From Patescibacteria group bacterium (GTDB taxonomy: Bacteria > Patescibacteriota > Minisyncoccia > Phycocordibacterales > UBA9973), in the NCBI GenBank assembly GCA_018816985.1, contig JAHIVA010000049.1:2466-66465 (forward strand): a stretch of DNA of 64,000 bases. Direction: 5' to 3'. Of the stretch, positions 17,092-26,858 are shown piece by piece. The position numbers were made by a program, and so were the translations under genes. The notes beneath the pieces were generated by a model. It was not told the origin of the DNA. It was given only the letters and a program-made list of their open reading frames with translations, and searched no databases. Position 1 is the first letter of the stretch; every line of letters begins with the position of its first letter.

Positions 17092-17775
17092 TTAATCTTC
17101 CATGCTCCTAGGTAACACATTTTTTTGTTTTCCGCAGGAATACATATCTTTTTTAAAAATTTGCTGTGCCTCAAGGTCAGATCCATTTTTTATTGCCAAC
17201 ATAATTCCAGCAATTTTATAAGTACCATAGCCTAAAGATTTAAATAATTTTATATAAACATCTGGACCTTTGGCTTCAAATCTTCCAATAGTAGCATCTT
17301 CGTGTGGAAACACACCTTTAAAAATACCGTTTTTACATAAAACCCTATCAATACTACTAATAGATAATTCCGGTGAAGAACTATAAGTAACAGAAAAACA
17401 AGAAATTACACCTCCATAGGAACCAGACTCAACACCCTTTAAGGTTTCTGCAGAAGTAAAAAAAATATTTTCATAACCTAAATATTGTTCTATGCGGGAA
17501 TTTTTCGTCAACACAGTAGCCTTGAATTCTAAATCTTTCCCGAAAGAGCTACCAGCAATTTCCGATATGGCTTTTGTATCACCAGATCCTATATCTAAAA
17601 CCATTTTGTTCGGAAGAGTTTTGACATATTCTAAAAAATATTGAAGTCCTTCGAAGGAACAAATGTACGTTCTTCCATCTCTAAACTCATTACTATAACC
17701 AAAATTTGCCTCTGTTTGTTTATATTCCTTTTTCTGCTTGGCAATATTTCTTAATGTGTCTATATGAGATTCCAT
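17092..17775 (-). CDS. Class I SAM-dependent methyltransferase-like protein
   Basis: Motif I-like VLDIGSGDT. 227 aa. It starts 6 nt downstream of the ATPase gene. Confidence 0.5.
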   Translation of the reverse strand: MESHIDTLRNIAKQKKEYKQTEANFGYSNEFRDGRTYICSFEGLQYFLEYVKTLPNKMVLDIGSGDTKAISEIAGSSFGKDLEFKATVLTKNSRIEQYLGYENIFFTSAETLKGVESGSYGGVISCFSVTYSSSPELSISSIDRVLCKNGIFKGVFPHEDATIGRFEAKGPDVYIKLFKSLGYGTYKIAGIMLAIKNGSDLEAQQIFKKDMYSCGKQKNVLPRSMED

Positions 17776-17781
17776 ATAATT

Positions 17782-20547
17782 TTATTCCATACTTGCATAC
17801 CTCGCCATAATTTCGGCTTCCACTTCGGTGCGGTCACGACCGTATTTTACATAAGAAAGTTCTTTTAAATTGTCTACAATCTCCGGATTACCTTTTTCGG
17901 GTGCCAGAGTTTTTAGATTAAAAGGTTTGGTTGGTTGACCTTTTACTAGCATGTTTACATAAGCGTTGTAATTATCAAGCTTGGTAATATCTTGTGCGGT
18001 AAATTGAGGCTTGAATTTTGGTTCCAAAAACGTTGCGTCTTCAGTACCAACACGAAAGACCGCCATTGAACCAACATTACCAAAAACAGCATTTTTAATA
18101 TTTTCTTCCAATTGAGTAATATATTGATGCGCAATATTAAGAGATAATCTATATTTTCTCGCTTCCGACAAAATAGAAGCGATGGAATCAGTTGTAACAT
18201 TCTGAAATTCGTCAATGTAAAGATAAAAATCATTCATTGTTTTGCCAAACATATCCACTCTTGATAATGCCGCCATTTGAATTTTACCTACCAACACCAA
18301 GCCAATCAAGTTGGCATTAATATCACCGAGTCGGCCCTTAGAAAGGTTAACCAGAAGAATTTTCTTTTCATCCATAATTTTACGAAAATTAAAAACAGAA
18401 TTTTGCTGCAACACCACCGGACGCATAATATCATTGCTAATAAAGTTATCAAATTTTGAAGAAATGTAAGGTACGAAATTCGCCAGAGACTGATCTCCAG
18501 TAGTTTGTTCAGCAGTAATCCAAAATTGCTTAATGATAGGATTTTTACATTTAGCAAGTTTCATATCCCGAAATTCTTTATCACCTAAGACACGCGTAAT
18601 CTCTAAAAGAGTCGAGCCAGATTCTGGGTCTTCCATCACCAGAAATGCACTATTGCGGAAATATTGCTCAAACATCGCCCCTCCACCAATTTTCATATCA
18701 AAAAGTTTATTAAAAATTCCCATCATTTCATTAACCACAAAAGTTTTTTGCTCCGGATATTTCGGATCATATTCAAGCATATTTAAACCCATCGGTCGTG
18801 CCGTAAAAGCCGGATCAAAATAAATCACATCATCAATGCGTTCTTTGGGGATACGAGACAAAATGGTTTGAATGTCCGTGCCATGCGGATCAATATAGCA
18901 ACATCCGTCTCCATTTTTGATATCTTGAGTTATCATATTGAGCATAATATTTGTCTTACCTGTGCCCGTTTGACCGATAGCATAAAAATGCCTCATACGG
19001 TCCTCGCGTGCTAAATGTATTTCCGTATCTTTGCCCCGATAATTATTTATTCCTAGAACTATTCCTTCTTGCCCCATTTCTATTGGAGCGGGAGCAATAC
19101 CGGCCTTAGCTTCTTTAAGTTGAGGCTGACTGCCAATGCCAACTGGAAAATGAAAAACTGAAGAAAGCTCTTTTAAATTCATTGGTAAAATTTTGTCCGC
19201 AGAAAATGTACGATAAGAAAAATCATGAAAAAGTTTTTTTAATTCGGCTCCGCTCGCTGGTTCAAAAATAAAAGAATTGCTGGCTGCTTCAGAAAACTGA
19301 TTAAAAGAAGATTCTATTTCTTTTAGAATTGCCTCCGCCCGTTCTTTACTCTCCCCTGAGGCAATCACCCGAATGTTCGCTTTCATAATAGTACTTTTTA
19401 TTTTATTGCCAATTTTTTCTGTTGCACTTTCATCCACCGCTCGCCGACCTTTCATATATTTCTCTTTCTTTTCTTCTTCGTGTTCTTTTTTCCCAAAAAA
19501 AAGTTCTTTCCCAACTTTTAGAAAAGTTTTATTAAATTTGTAAAAATTATCGGCAGCGTGTTTCACAGAAATACCATCCTTTACGTCATCTAAAATCATA
19601 TGGAATTCATTTATAAATTTATCACCGGCTGGCGCAACTATAAATTGAATCGCTGCGCCCTCTCCGGTAGTTTTAAGTTTAGAAAAAACATTTAAAATTG
19701 GATTCATAGGGTCATGCTCAATGTTGTCATAGGTTTTAATTGGAAGCACTCCACGCTGAGTAAAGCTGGCATAAGCACCAACCGAACCGCCCTTTTCATT
19801 GAAAATATTATAGTCATCAGCCACTTCACGAATTTTTGCATTGTGATAAAAAGCCAAAATCTGTTTTTCAAAAAGTGATAAATGCTTATTGGGAATTGCA
19901 GCGTAGACAACGACTTCATCATTTTGATTACCTAAGGCCACTTCCAAGGTAAAATAATTTTCTTTTTCATTATATTTCCCTTCGCCAATAGATTGCATCC
20001 CAGCATAAAATTGCTCCATGGCGCCGATGAATTCTTTAAAACTTTTTGATTTATCCGCCTCATCGGTGGGTGGAGGAAGAGTAATCTCAAAAAGAGTCAT
20101 TTTAAGAGCTTTATAAATAGGTGTTCCTTCCTTAAAATCACACACTGCTTGCCCTGTCTTCATATATTGGATTAAAATTCGATGAAAATCATCATCGAGG
20201 TGCGGATTATTCATCGCCCCTACCACCGAAAGTGCATTTCGTACACCTTTTGTAATAACAATTCCCAAAAGTTCTTCCATCACATTGTCATGAGATTCAG
20301 GTTTTAATTTCAAAACTATTCCCTCAACTTCTTTTTCACCAATAATATTATTCTTATGAACGAATTGTTCAGTTGGGATATTTTTATATTCACCAATCAC
20401 ATCCCGAGTTGCATTTTCTTTCGCATGTTCCACATGTCCAAAATTAACAAGCTGCTCTTCCCGCGCTTTCACATGAGCCCGCAAATAATCAAGCTCCTCT
20501 TCTGGAGTTTTAAACTTCGGCATTTCCTTAAAGAATGACGGTTCCAT
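17782..20547 (-). CDS. TraG/VirD4/TraD-like P-loop ATPase with a large uncharacterised N-terminal domain
   Basis: 921 aa. Walker A IGQTGTGKTN, Walker B FYLYIDEFQN and ARKYRLSLNIAHQYITQL are typical of coupling-protein/DUF87 ATPases. The first 500 aa or so match nothing I recognise, and there is no N-terminal TM. Confidence 0.55.
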   Translation of the reverse strand: MEPSFFKEMPKFKTPEEELDYLRAHVKAREEQLVNFGHVEHAKENATRDVIGEYKNIPTEQFVHKNNIIGEKEVEGIVLKLKPESHDNVMEELLGIVITKGVRNALSVVGAMNNPHLDDDFHRILIQYMKTGQAVCDFKEGTPIYKALKMTLFEITLPPPTDEADKSKSFKEFIGAMEQFYAGMQSIGEGKYNEKENYFTLEVALGNQNDEVVVYAAIPNKHLSLFEKQILAFYHNAKIREVADDYNIFNEKGGSVGAYASFTQRGVLPIKTYDNIEHDPMNPILNVFSKLKTTGEGAAIQFIVAPAGDKFINEFHMILDDVKDGISVKHAADNFYKFNKTFLKVGKELFFGKKEHEEEKKEKYMKGRRAVDESATEKIGNKIKSTIMKANIRVIASGESKERAEAILKEIESSFNQFSEAASNSFIFEPASGAELKKLFHDFSYRTFSADKILPMNLKELSSVFHFPVGIGSQPQLKEAKAGIAPAPIEMGQEGIVLGINNYRGKDTEIHLAREDRMRHFYAIGQTGTGKTNIMLNMITQDIKNGDGCCYIDPHGTDIQTILSRIPKERIDDVIYFDPAFTARPMGLNMLEYDPKYPEQKTFVVNEMMGIFNKLFDMKIGGGAMFEQYFRNSAFLVMEDPESGSTLLEITRVLGDKEFRDMKLAKCKNPIIKQFWITAEQTTGDQSLANFVPYISSKFDNFISNDIMRPVVLQQNSVFNFRKIMDEKKILLVNLSKGRLGDINANLIGLVLVGKIQMAALSRVDMFGKTMNDFYLYIDEFQNVTTDSIASILSEARKYRLSLNIAHQYITQLEENIKNAVFGNVGSMAVFRVGTEDATFLEPKFKPQFTAQDITKLDNYNAYVNMLVKGQPTKPFNLKTLAPEKGNPEIVDNLKELSYVKYGRDRTEVEAEIMARYASME

Positions 20548-20569
20548 TATTCTAATTATACAATAAAAT

Positions 20570-21346
20570 TTATATTCTAGTTAGTATTTCCGCTTCCCCT
20601 TCCGTTATTAAAATAGTATGTTCAAAATGCGCGCTGTTTTTTCTGTCCGCAGTATGAAAAGTATATCCGTCATTATCTATGATTACATTTTTTGTGCCCA
20701 AGTTTATCATCGGCTCAATGGCAATAACCATTCCTGGAATTAATTTTTCTCCCTTACCAGCTTTACCAAAATTCGGAATATAAGGGTCTTCATGAATCGC
20801 GCGGCCTACTCCATGCCCAGAAAGAACTTCCACTATGCCATATTTCGCTTCTTTTCTCGAATGAATAAAGCTTTCTATAGCAGAACCGATGTCTCCTGTA
20901 GTATTTCCTCCACGCGCAGCCTCAATACCTACCTGAAGAGCCTGCTCAGTAATCTGGATAAGTTTTAAGCTTGCTGGAGCAACATTGCCGACGGCCACCG
21001 TAATGGCCATATCAGTGAAAAGTTCCTGGTGTTTGAGACCAAGGTCCAGCGCTATAATATCTCCTTCTTTTAAAATTCTATTTTTATTTGGAATTCCGTG
21101 CACCACCTCGTCGTTAACAGATACACATAAAGAAGCCGGATAAGGTTTATTCGCACCCTCCGGTCGATAATTCAAAAAAGCTGGACAGTCACCTGTTTCT
21201 TTAATTAATTTTTCTGTATATTTATTTAATTCCCAAGTTGAAACTCCAGGCTTTATTATTTCTTTTACCCTATAAAGCACATCCGCCAGTCGCTTACCCC
21301 CCTCGCGGATTATCTCTATTTCTTCAGGTGTTTTAATGATAATCAT
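20570..21346 (-). CDS. map: Type I methionine aminopeptidase
   Basis: 258 aa with pita-bread fold motifs (DIIALDLG, HGVGRAIHE, AIEPMI, HFEHT). Confidence 0.9.
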   Translation of the reverse strand: MIIIKTPEEIEIIREGGKRLADVLYRVKEIIKPGVSTWELNKYTEKLIKETGDCPAFLNYRPEGANKPYPASLCVSVNDEVVHGIPNKNRILKEGDIIALDLGLKHQELFTDMAITVAVGNVAPASLKLIQITEQALQVGIEAARGGNTTGDIGSAIESFIHSRKEAKYGIVEVLSGHGVGRAIHEDPYIPNFGKAGKGEKLIPGMVIAIEPMINLGTKNVIIDNDGYTFHTADRKNSAHFEHTILITEGEAEILTRI

Positions 21347-22020
21347 TTAATTATTGTCCCTGCAAACTTTTCCCCATTTAAACATTTTTTCAAATTATCA
21401 ATCGGTTTACCGTTCATAATAATTACCTCTAGCCCCTCTTCTTCAGCTACTTTTGAAGCAATGGGGTCAAGTGGAGAATTCAGCCTCGGAGTCCATTCAG
21501 CCGGGATTAAAGCTCGATATTCAGTCCAAGAAATTTTTTCAATTTTTTTTGCATTTGGATTTATTTTGGGGTCAGAATCATAAACATAATCAATGTTTGA
21601 GAGATTGATTATTTTTTTGGCTCCGACAGTTTTAGCGGCCAGTACCGCATCCCAATCCGAGCTGCTCCCAGGCTGATAAGCTGACCCAATAACAATCGGT
21701 TTCTCCGAAGAAAATTTATTGGAAAGGTTGGCAATCACTTCGTTGTGCGCATATTCACCAAAAATAACTCTTATTAATTCCGCATTTAATTTAAGAGCCG
21801 CTATGCCAATCCAGTCCAAATCCTCGTTGGAAGGATTGGCAATTCCCCTGGCTGCTTCGTTGTATTTTCGATTAATTTTTCCTCCGCCAGTAATAATGAC
21901 AAATTTCTTCCCTTTGGCAACCTGAGCTAGGATTAAATCCTTGAATTCTTTCAGAAAATTAATATCCAGTTCTTCAGGTATGATGAGCGAACCGCCCAAT
22001 GAAATTATTATTGTTTCCAT
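21343..22020 (-). CDS. pyrH: Archaeal-type UMP kinase (amino-acid kinase fold)
   Basis: METIIISLGGSLI...KFVIITGGGKINRKYNEAARG...DWIGIAALKLNAELI. The start is set at METII; the upstream part of the ORF overlaps adk. Confidence 0.65.
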   Translation of the reverse strand: METIIISLGGSLIIPEELDINFLKEFKDLILAQVAKGKKFVIITGGGKINRKYNEAARGIANPSNEDLDWIGIAALKLNAELIRVIFGEYAHNEVIANLSNKFSSEKPIVIGSAYQPGSSSDWDAVLAAKTVGAKKIINLSNIDYVYDSDPKINPNAKKIEKISWTEYRALIPAEWTPRLNSPLDPIASKVAEEEGLEVIIMNGKPIDNLKKCLNGEKFAGTIIK

Positions 22021-22024
22021 TTCT

Positions 22025-22615
22025 TTAAAATCCCAAAGTTTTAATAATTTCTTTGTGCACTTTTTCGATTGTTTGCTCACCGTTAATAGTATAAATACTG
22101 TAACCAACTTTGTCTTTAAAATAATTCATGGCTGGGATTACATTATTTACATATTCGTTAAATCTTTGTTCTATACCCTCTTTAGTATCATCTGTTCTCC
22201 CTCGCAATAAGTTGCGTTTCATTGCTTCCTCCTTGCTTAATTCAATATAAATAATTTTTATATTCTTTCTTTTATAAAATTTCATCATCGCTTCAAAACT
22301 TTCAGACTGAGCAATTGTTCGCGGGTATCCATCAGCGATTAAACAGATTTCGTCTTTCATTCCAGAAATTAATATATTAGTAAATAAACTGGTTGTAATA
22401 AAGTTAGGTTGTAAAAACCCTTTTTCCAGAGTTTCTTTTATTATCTGTCCAGTATAACTACCACTTTCAATAACCTTTCTAAATTCAGCACCAGTTGAGG
22501 TATATAAAATATCAGATACTATGTTTTTATCTTTTAAATATTCTCGCAACAAATCAACCTGAGTTCCTTTACCCGAGCCAATTATTCCAAAAAATATAAA
22601 CGTTTGTGGTTGCAT
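22025..22615 (-). CDS. adk: Adenylate kinase
   Basis: P-loop FFGIIGSGKGTQ and DGYPRT. The start is set at MQPQTF (22615). Confidence 0.85.
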   Translation of the reverse strand: MQPQTFIFFGIIGSGKGTQVDLLREYLKDKNIVSDILYTSTGAEFRKVIESGSYTGQIIKETLEKGFLQPNFITTSLFTNILISGMKDEICLIADGYPRTIAQSESFEAMMKFYKRKNIKIIYIELSKEEAMKRNLLRGRTDDTKEGIEQRFNEYVNNVIPAMNYFKDKVGYSIYTINGEQTIEKVHKEIIKTLGF

Positions 22616-22637
22616 ATGTGTTATAATAGCACAAATT

Positions 22638-23204
22638 ATGAAAAAGGAAATTATTACAATCTGTGGGAGTTTGGGAAGCGGAAAATCAAGCACCGCAAAA
22701 AAAGTAGCCGAAGTTCTCGGTTTTCAGCATTTTTCTTCCGGAGATTTTTTTCGACAGGTTGGGCTAGAATTGGGTTTATCGATCAATGAGATAAATAAAA
22801 GAGCAGAAACTGATCCGAAGATAGATGAAATGACAGATCAAAAACTACGGGATATGCGTGACAAAGAAAAGATTGTTATTGATTCACGGACGGCTTATCA
22901 TTGGATCCCCGAGTCATTTAAGATTTACCTTGATCTTTCCACCGAAATAGCCAAAAATAGAATTTTGAATAATTTAAAAGAAAATCCATTAAGGCAACAA
23001 AGCGAAGGGACATCTACCTTGGAAGATATCTACGAAAAAATGCGGGAGAGGTTTGCCAGCGAACAAAAAAGGTATTGGGATTTATATAAGATAAACAATA
23101 CTGAAAAAAGCAATTTTGATTTAATCATCGATACAAACAAAAACAACCTAGAGCAGGTTGTTGAAATTATTGTAGCAGAATATAAAAAGTGGAGAGAAAA
23201 CTAA
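22638..23204 (+). CDS. cmk: Cytidylate kinase-like NMP kinase
   Basis: ITICGSLGSGKSSTAKKVAEVLGFQHFSSGDFFR. TGtTATAAT lies 10 nt upstream. Confidence 0.65.
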   Translation: MKKEIITICGSLGSGKSSTAKKVAEVLGFQHFSSGDFFRQVGLELGLSINEINKRAETDPKIDEMTDQKLRDMRDKEKIVIDSRTAYHWIPESFKIYLDLSTEIAKNRILNNLKENPLRQQSEGTSTLEDIYEKMRERFASEQKRYWDLYKINNTEKSNFDLIIDTNKNNLEQVVEIIVAEYKKWREN

Positions 23205-24472
23205 TACTCCCTCATAGAAATCTGTGCATCGACTTTTTTTATTAAGTCTAGAACAACAGAAACAACAATCAGGATAGACGTGCCCCCTAAGGCAAAAGAA
23301 GTATTTCCAGTGATAAACTGCATAATCAGAGGCAAAATCGCCACCACCCCCAAGAATACGGCTCCCAGAAGGGTAATGCGACTCAAGACCTTTGAAATAT
23401 ATTCTGAAGTGGACAACCCTGGACGAATCCCTGGAATGAAAGCACCGTTTTTTTGTAAATTAGCAGAAAGCGCTTCAGGATCAAAAGTGACAGCAGTATA
23501 AAAGTAAGTAAAGAGAAAGACAAAAATAAAATAAAAGACCGCATAAAGGACCGAGGTCTGCGTAAAAGCCATAAGAAAATGAGAAATATTTACCAAAATC
23601 TCATTACTAAAACGTGACAAGAAAGTTCCAATCATTTGCGGAAAAAGCAAAATAGAAAGCGCAAAAATTATCGGGATAACTCCAGCTTGATTGACCCTTA
23701 GAGGCAAATAAGTAGAACCGCCGCCGTACATTTTCATCCCCCGGACCCGTTTCGCATAGGTGACCGGAATTGGGCGTTCCGCTTCCGTAACCAATACAAT
23801 TCCCGCTAAAATAACTACCCCCACCACTGCAAATACAAGATAAAGAGGAATTTGGGAAACATCAAAAGTAAAAATATGCTGGCTGACCCAAACAGGAAGC
23901 TGGGAAACTATTCCCGCAAAAATTATCAGAGAAACCCCGTTACCAATGCCAAATTCAGTGATAAGTTCACCAATCCACATAAGCAAAATTGAACCCGCAA
24001 CCACAATTAGTAAATTAGTAATGCGATCAAAAGCGGTTAAGTTAATTAAAATATTTTGCTGTTCAAGAATATATAAAAGACTAAAACCTTGAATAGCCGC
24101 AAGTGGCACTGTGAGCAACCTGGAATATTGAGCAAATCTTTTTCTCCCAGCTTCTCCTTCCTCATGATAAATTCTCTTCAGAGAAGGAACCATAATAGTA
24201 AGAAGCTGCATAATAATAGAACTAGTAATATACGGACCAACACCGAGCATAATAATCGATAAATTAGAAAGTCCGCCACCAGAGAAGATATTTAAAATAC
24301 CAAAAAATTGATTATTAGTAAGAAATCTGGAAAGTTCAGCTGTGTCAATTCCTGGAATAGGAATAGAGGAAAGCAACCTAAACATTATTAACGCAAAAAA
24401 AACGAATCCTACTTTCTTACGTAAGCTTATGTCTGTCCAAATTAATTTTATTTTATTCCAGAAATTTTGCAT
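23201..24472 (-). CDS. secY: Preprotein translocase subunit SecY
   Basis: 423 aa, 10 TM, conserved position after rplO. Confidence 0.9.
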   Translation of the reverse strand: MQNFWNKIKLIWTDISLRKKVGFVFFALIMFRLLSSIPIPGIDTAELSRFLTNNQFFGILNIFSGGGLSNLSIIMLGVGPYITSSIIMQLLTIMVPSLKRIYHEEGEAGRKRFAQYSRLLTVPLAAIQGFSLLYILEQQNILINLTAFDRITNLLIVVAGSILLMWIGELITEFGIGNGVSLIIFAGIVSQLPVWVSQHIFTFDVSQIPLYLVFAVVGVVILAGIVLVTEAERPIPVTYAKRVRGMKMYGGGSTYLPLRVNQAGVIPIIFALSILLFPQMIGTFLSRFSNEILVNISHFLMAFTQTSVLYAVFYFIFVFLFTYFYTAVTFDPEALSANLQKNGAFIPGIRPGLSTSEYISKVLSRITLLGAVFLGVVAILPLIMQFITGNTSFALGGTSILIVVSVVLDLIKKVDAQISMREY

Positions 24473-24477
24473 AATAT

Positions 24478-24501
24478 TATGTGGCGTTAAGCTCGTAGTT
24501 A
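24478..24501 (-). repeat. Conserved stop-to-start linker, family D copy 1 (rplO stop to secY start)
   Basis: TATGTGGCGTTAAGCTCGTAGTTA matches 33758-33781 at 23 of 24 positions. The last 3 nt are the complement of the upstream stop codon. Confidence 0.7.
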
Positions 24502-24801
24502 TTTAATTTTAATATGCTTTCCTTTTATCCCAAGACGCTTACGAATCTCTGAGAATTTCTCTTTTGGAGAAACAAGCTTATCTTTTTCTAGAATAAAAAC
24601 TTTTTGAATGGAATTAAATTGATAACCGCGATTCTTAGGTAATTTCTTAATAATATCACGAAGTTCTGGACGGCGCTTATTACCAGCGCGAGCTGTCTGG
24701 CCCTTACCTCCACGACCGGAAGTTTTTGCATGTTTACCCCCACGACCTACTAGTCGGTCTTTTTTATTTTTATGAGTTCTTTTTAAATTATGTATTTGCA
24801 T
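24499..24801 (-). CDS. rplO: 50S ribosomal protein L15 (short, 100 aa)
   Basis: VGRGGKHAKTSGRGGKGQTARAG motif. It follows rpsE directly, with no L30 gene between them. Confidence 0.8.
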   Translation of the reverse strand: MQIHNLKRTHKNKKDRLVGRGGKHAKTSGRGGKGQTARAGNKRRPELRDIIKKLPKNRGYQFNSIQKVFILEKDKLVSPKEKFSEIRKRLGIKGKHIKIK

Positions 24802-24802
24802 A

Positions 24803-25366
24803 TTATTTTTCGACTTCGGGAATAATTACTTCTTTGTTGGCAATAACCGCAATTTCCGGAGCTTGTTTGATGTATTTTGAAGAAATTTGAGAAAAAGCAG
24901 CCATTACCGCTTTCGCATTATTTAATTTATTTTTACTATTGGATAAAATCTTACCAGTAATATCCTTCACTCCGGAAAGTTTTACTATATCGCGAACTAC
25001 CGAACCTGCCACCAACCCGCGCCCTTTATTTGGAAGAAGTACCACACGTGAACCTGAAAATTTAGCAGAAAGTTCGTGAGGGATGGACATTGTCTTGGTT
25101 AAATTTAATCTAACCATATTTTTCTTAGCATTACGAAGCGCCTTATTGATGGCTAGAGCTGTATCTCCAGCTTTTCCCAAACCTAAGCCAACACTTCCTT
25201 TTTTATCTCCAGCTACAATTGCCACACTGAAAGAAAATCTACGTCCCCCGGCTACCACTCGCGTCACTCGGCGAATGTTCAGAATCTTTTGATCAAATTC
25301 AGGCTTAACTCTATTAAAAGAAGAAAATCTACGACCAGTATTTTTTTTTATATTTGTCTTTTCCAT
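24803..25366 (-). CDS. rpsE: 30S ribosomal protein S5
   Basis: IRRVTRVVAGGRRFSFSVAIVAGDKKGSVGLGLGKA. The start is probably MEKTNI. Confidence 0.9.
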   Translation of the reverse strand: MEKTNIKKNTGRRFSSFNRVKPEFDQKILNIRRVTRVVAGGRRFSFSVAIVAGDKKGSVGLGLGKAGDTALAINKALRNAKKNMVRLNLTKTMSIPHELSAKFSGSRVVLLPNKGRGLVAGSVVRDIVKLSGVKDITGKILSNSKNKLNNAKAVMAAFSQISSKYIKQAPEIAVIANKEVIIPEVEK

Positions 25367-25392
25367 ATGATTTAGTAAAATCACCTACTTGG

Positions 25393-25734
25393 TTAAAATT
25401 CTAATCCCACAGCTCGAGCTGCATCAGCTACTAATTTTATCCGGCCAGTATATTTAAATCCATTCCGATCAAAAACAACTTTCTTAATTTTTTCTTTCAA
25501 ACAAGCAGCACCAACTATCTGTCCGACTTCTTTTGCTCTTTCACTTTTTGTTCCTTTTTTTATTTTAACATCGCTAGCTTGCGCTAATGTTTTACCAGTT
25601 AAGTCATTAATCACTTGCGCATAAATAAATTTATTTGAACGAAAAACTGTTAACCTAGGGCGCGTTTCCGTCCCTTTTATCTTTACTCTTATCTTTTTTT
25701 TCAATCTTATTCTTTTGTTATTTTTATTAATCAT
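25393..25734 (-). CDS. rplR: 50S ribosomal protein L18
   Basis: RPRLTVFRSNKFIYAQVIND motif and operon position. Confidence 0.9.
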   Translation of the reverse strand: MINKNNKRIRLKKKIRVKIKGTETRPRLTVFRSNKFIYAQVINDLTGKTLAQASDVKIKKGTKSERAKEVGQIVGAACLKEKIKKVVFDRNGFKYTGRIKLVADAARAVGLEF

Positions 25735-25744
25735 TTTATTGTTA

Positions 25745-25790
25745 TCCCTATGTCGGACTTAGGGGAATTCCCCTAAGTCCGACATAGGGA
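25745..25790. repeat. Family A palindrome copy 1 (46-bp perfect palindrome)
   Basis: TCCCTATGTCGGACTTAGGGGAA / TTCCCCTAAGTCCGACATAGGGA. It fills the rplR-rplF spacer. Confidence 0.9.
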
Positions 25791-25794
25791 TTTA

Positions 25795-26349
25795 TTACAC
25801 TGTCTTTTTACCTTGTTTTCGTCTAATAACTTCATCCTCATAACGCATTCCTTTTCCCTTATAAGGCTCTGGTTTTTTCAAGGAACGAATAGCTGCCGTA
25901 AAACTTCCAACTAATTCCTTATCAATTCCGGTAATTGTAATATTATTTTTTTCAGCAGTGGCTGTTATTCCTTCTGGAATCTTTACAATAACAGGATGAG
26001 AGAATCCCAAAGCAAAATGCAACTCTTTACCTTTAATTTCCGATTTAAAACCAACCCCTTCTAATATTAATTTCTTTTGATATGGCGTAACTACTCCAGC
26101 AATCATATTTTTTAAATGGGAAGCATAAGTCCCCCAAAGAGATTTAGAAAATTTATCGTTTCTTTTTATGTTTAAATTTATGGTTTTACTTGCCCCATCT
26201 TTGGCGGGGTCAGTAATAGTAATAACAATATCGTCTCTAAAACTTTTAGTTAAAGTTCCCTTAGGGCCTGTTACTGTAAAAGTATTGCCATTTTGAGTTA
26301 CTTTTACTTCGGCTGGTATTAAAATTTCTTGTTTTCCTATTCTTGACAT
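25795..26349 (-). CDS. rplF: 50S ribosomal protein L6
   Basis: MSRIGKQEILIPAEVKV...GPKGTL. Confidence 0.9.
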   Translation of the reverse strand: MSRIGKQEILIPAEVKVTQNGNTFTVTGPKGTLTKSFRDDIVITITDPAKDGASKTINLNIKRNDKFSKSLWGTYASHLKNMIAGVVTPYQKKLILEGVGFKSEIKGKELHFALGFSHPVIVKIPEGITATAEKNNITITGIDKELVGSFTAAIRSLKKPEPYKGKGMRYEDEVIRRKQGKKTV

Positions 26350-26356
26350 ATATTTT

Positions 26357-26411
26357 TATTATTTATAGTGAGGACTTTCGGCTGAGCTCAGTCGAAGCCC
26401 TTGTCGAACTA
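26357..26411 (-). repeat. Family C stop-to-start linker copy (rpsH stop to rplF start), expanded by an internal hairpin
   Basis: mRNA sense: TAG TTCGACAAGG [GCTTCGACTGAGCTCAGCCGAAAGTC] CTCACTATAAATAAT..ATG. The bracketed hairpin is absent from the other three copies. Confidence 0.7.
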
Positions 26412-26795
26412 CCAAATTCTAAATAACGCCTCACCTCCAACTTGCTCCTTACGAGCTTCTTTACCTGATAAAATTCCTTTTGGAGTTGAAAGCACTAATA
26501 ACCCTTTTCCATTTCGAACAGAATGAATATCTTTCATTCTAAAGTAAACACGCCTAGATTGTTTAGAAATTCTTTCCACTTCAGCAATTTTCGGTTTTTT
26601 GTCAACATAAAGCAAATTTACCTCGAGCACAGGGTGTCCTGATTTTACTTTTTTAGAAATTTCAGAAACATAACCGGCTTTTTTTAAACATTCACCGATA
26701 GCATTTTTCATCTTAGAATAAGGAATTAACACAGACTCTTTGCCTGCTAGTGACCCGTTCTTCATTATTATTATCATATTTGAAATTGAATCCAT
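26409..26795 (-). CDS. rpsH: 30S ribosomal protein S8
   Basis: 128 aa. DSISNMIIIMKNG...GGEALFRIW matches the S8 termini. Confidence 0.9.
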   Translation of the reverse strand: MDSISNMIIIMKNGSLAGKESVLIPYSKMKNAIGECLKKAGYVSEISKKVKSGHPVLEVNLLYVDKKPKIAEVERISKQSRRVYFRMKDIHSVRNGKGLLVLSTPKGILSGKEARKEQVGGEALFRIW

Positions 26796-26807
26796 TTTGT
26801 TTTATTC

Positions 26808-26851
26808 CCTATGTCGGACTTAGGGGAGTTCCCCTAAGTCCGACATAGGGT
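26808..26851. repeat. Family A palindrome copy 2 (44 bp, central mismatch)
   Basis: CCCTATGTCGGACTTAGGGGAGTTCCCCTAAGTCCGACATAGGG in the rpsH-rpsZ spacer. Confidence 0.9.
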
Positions 26852-26858
26852 TATATTT

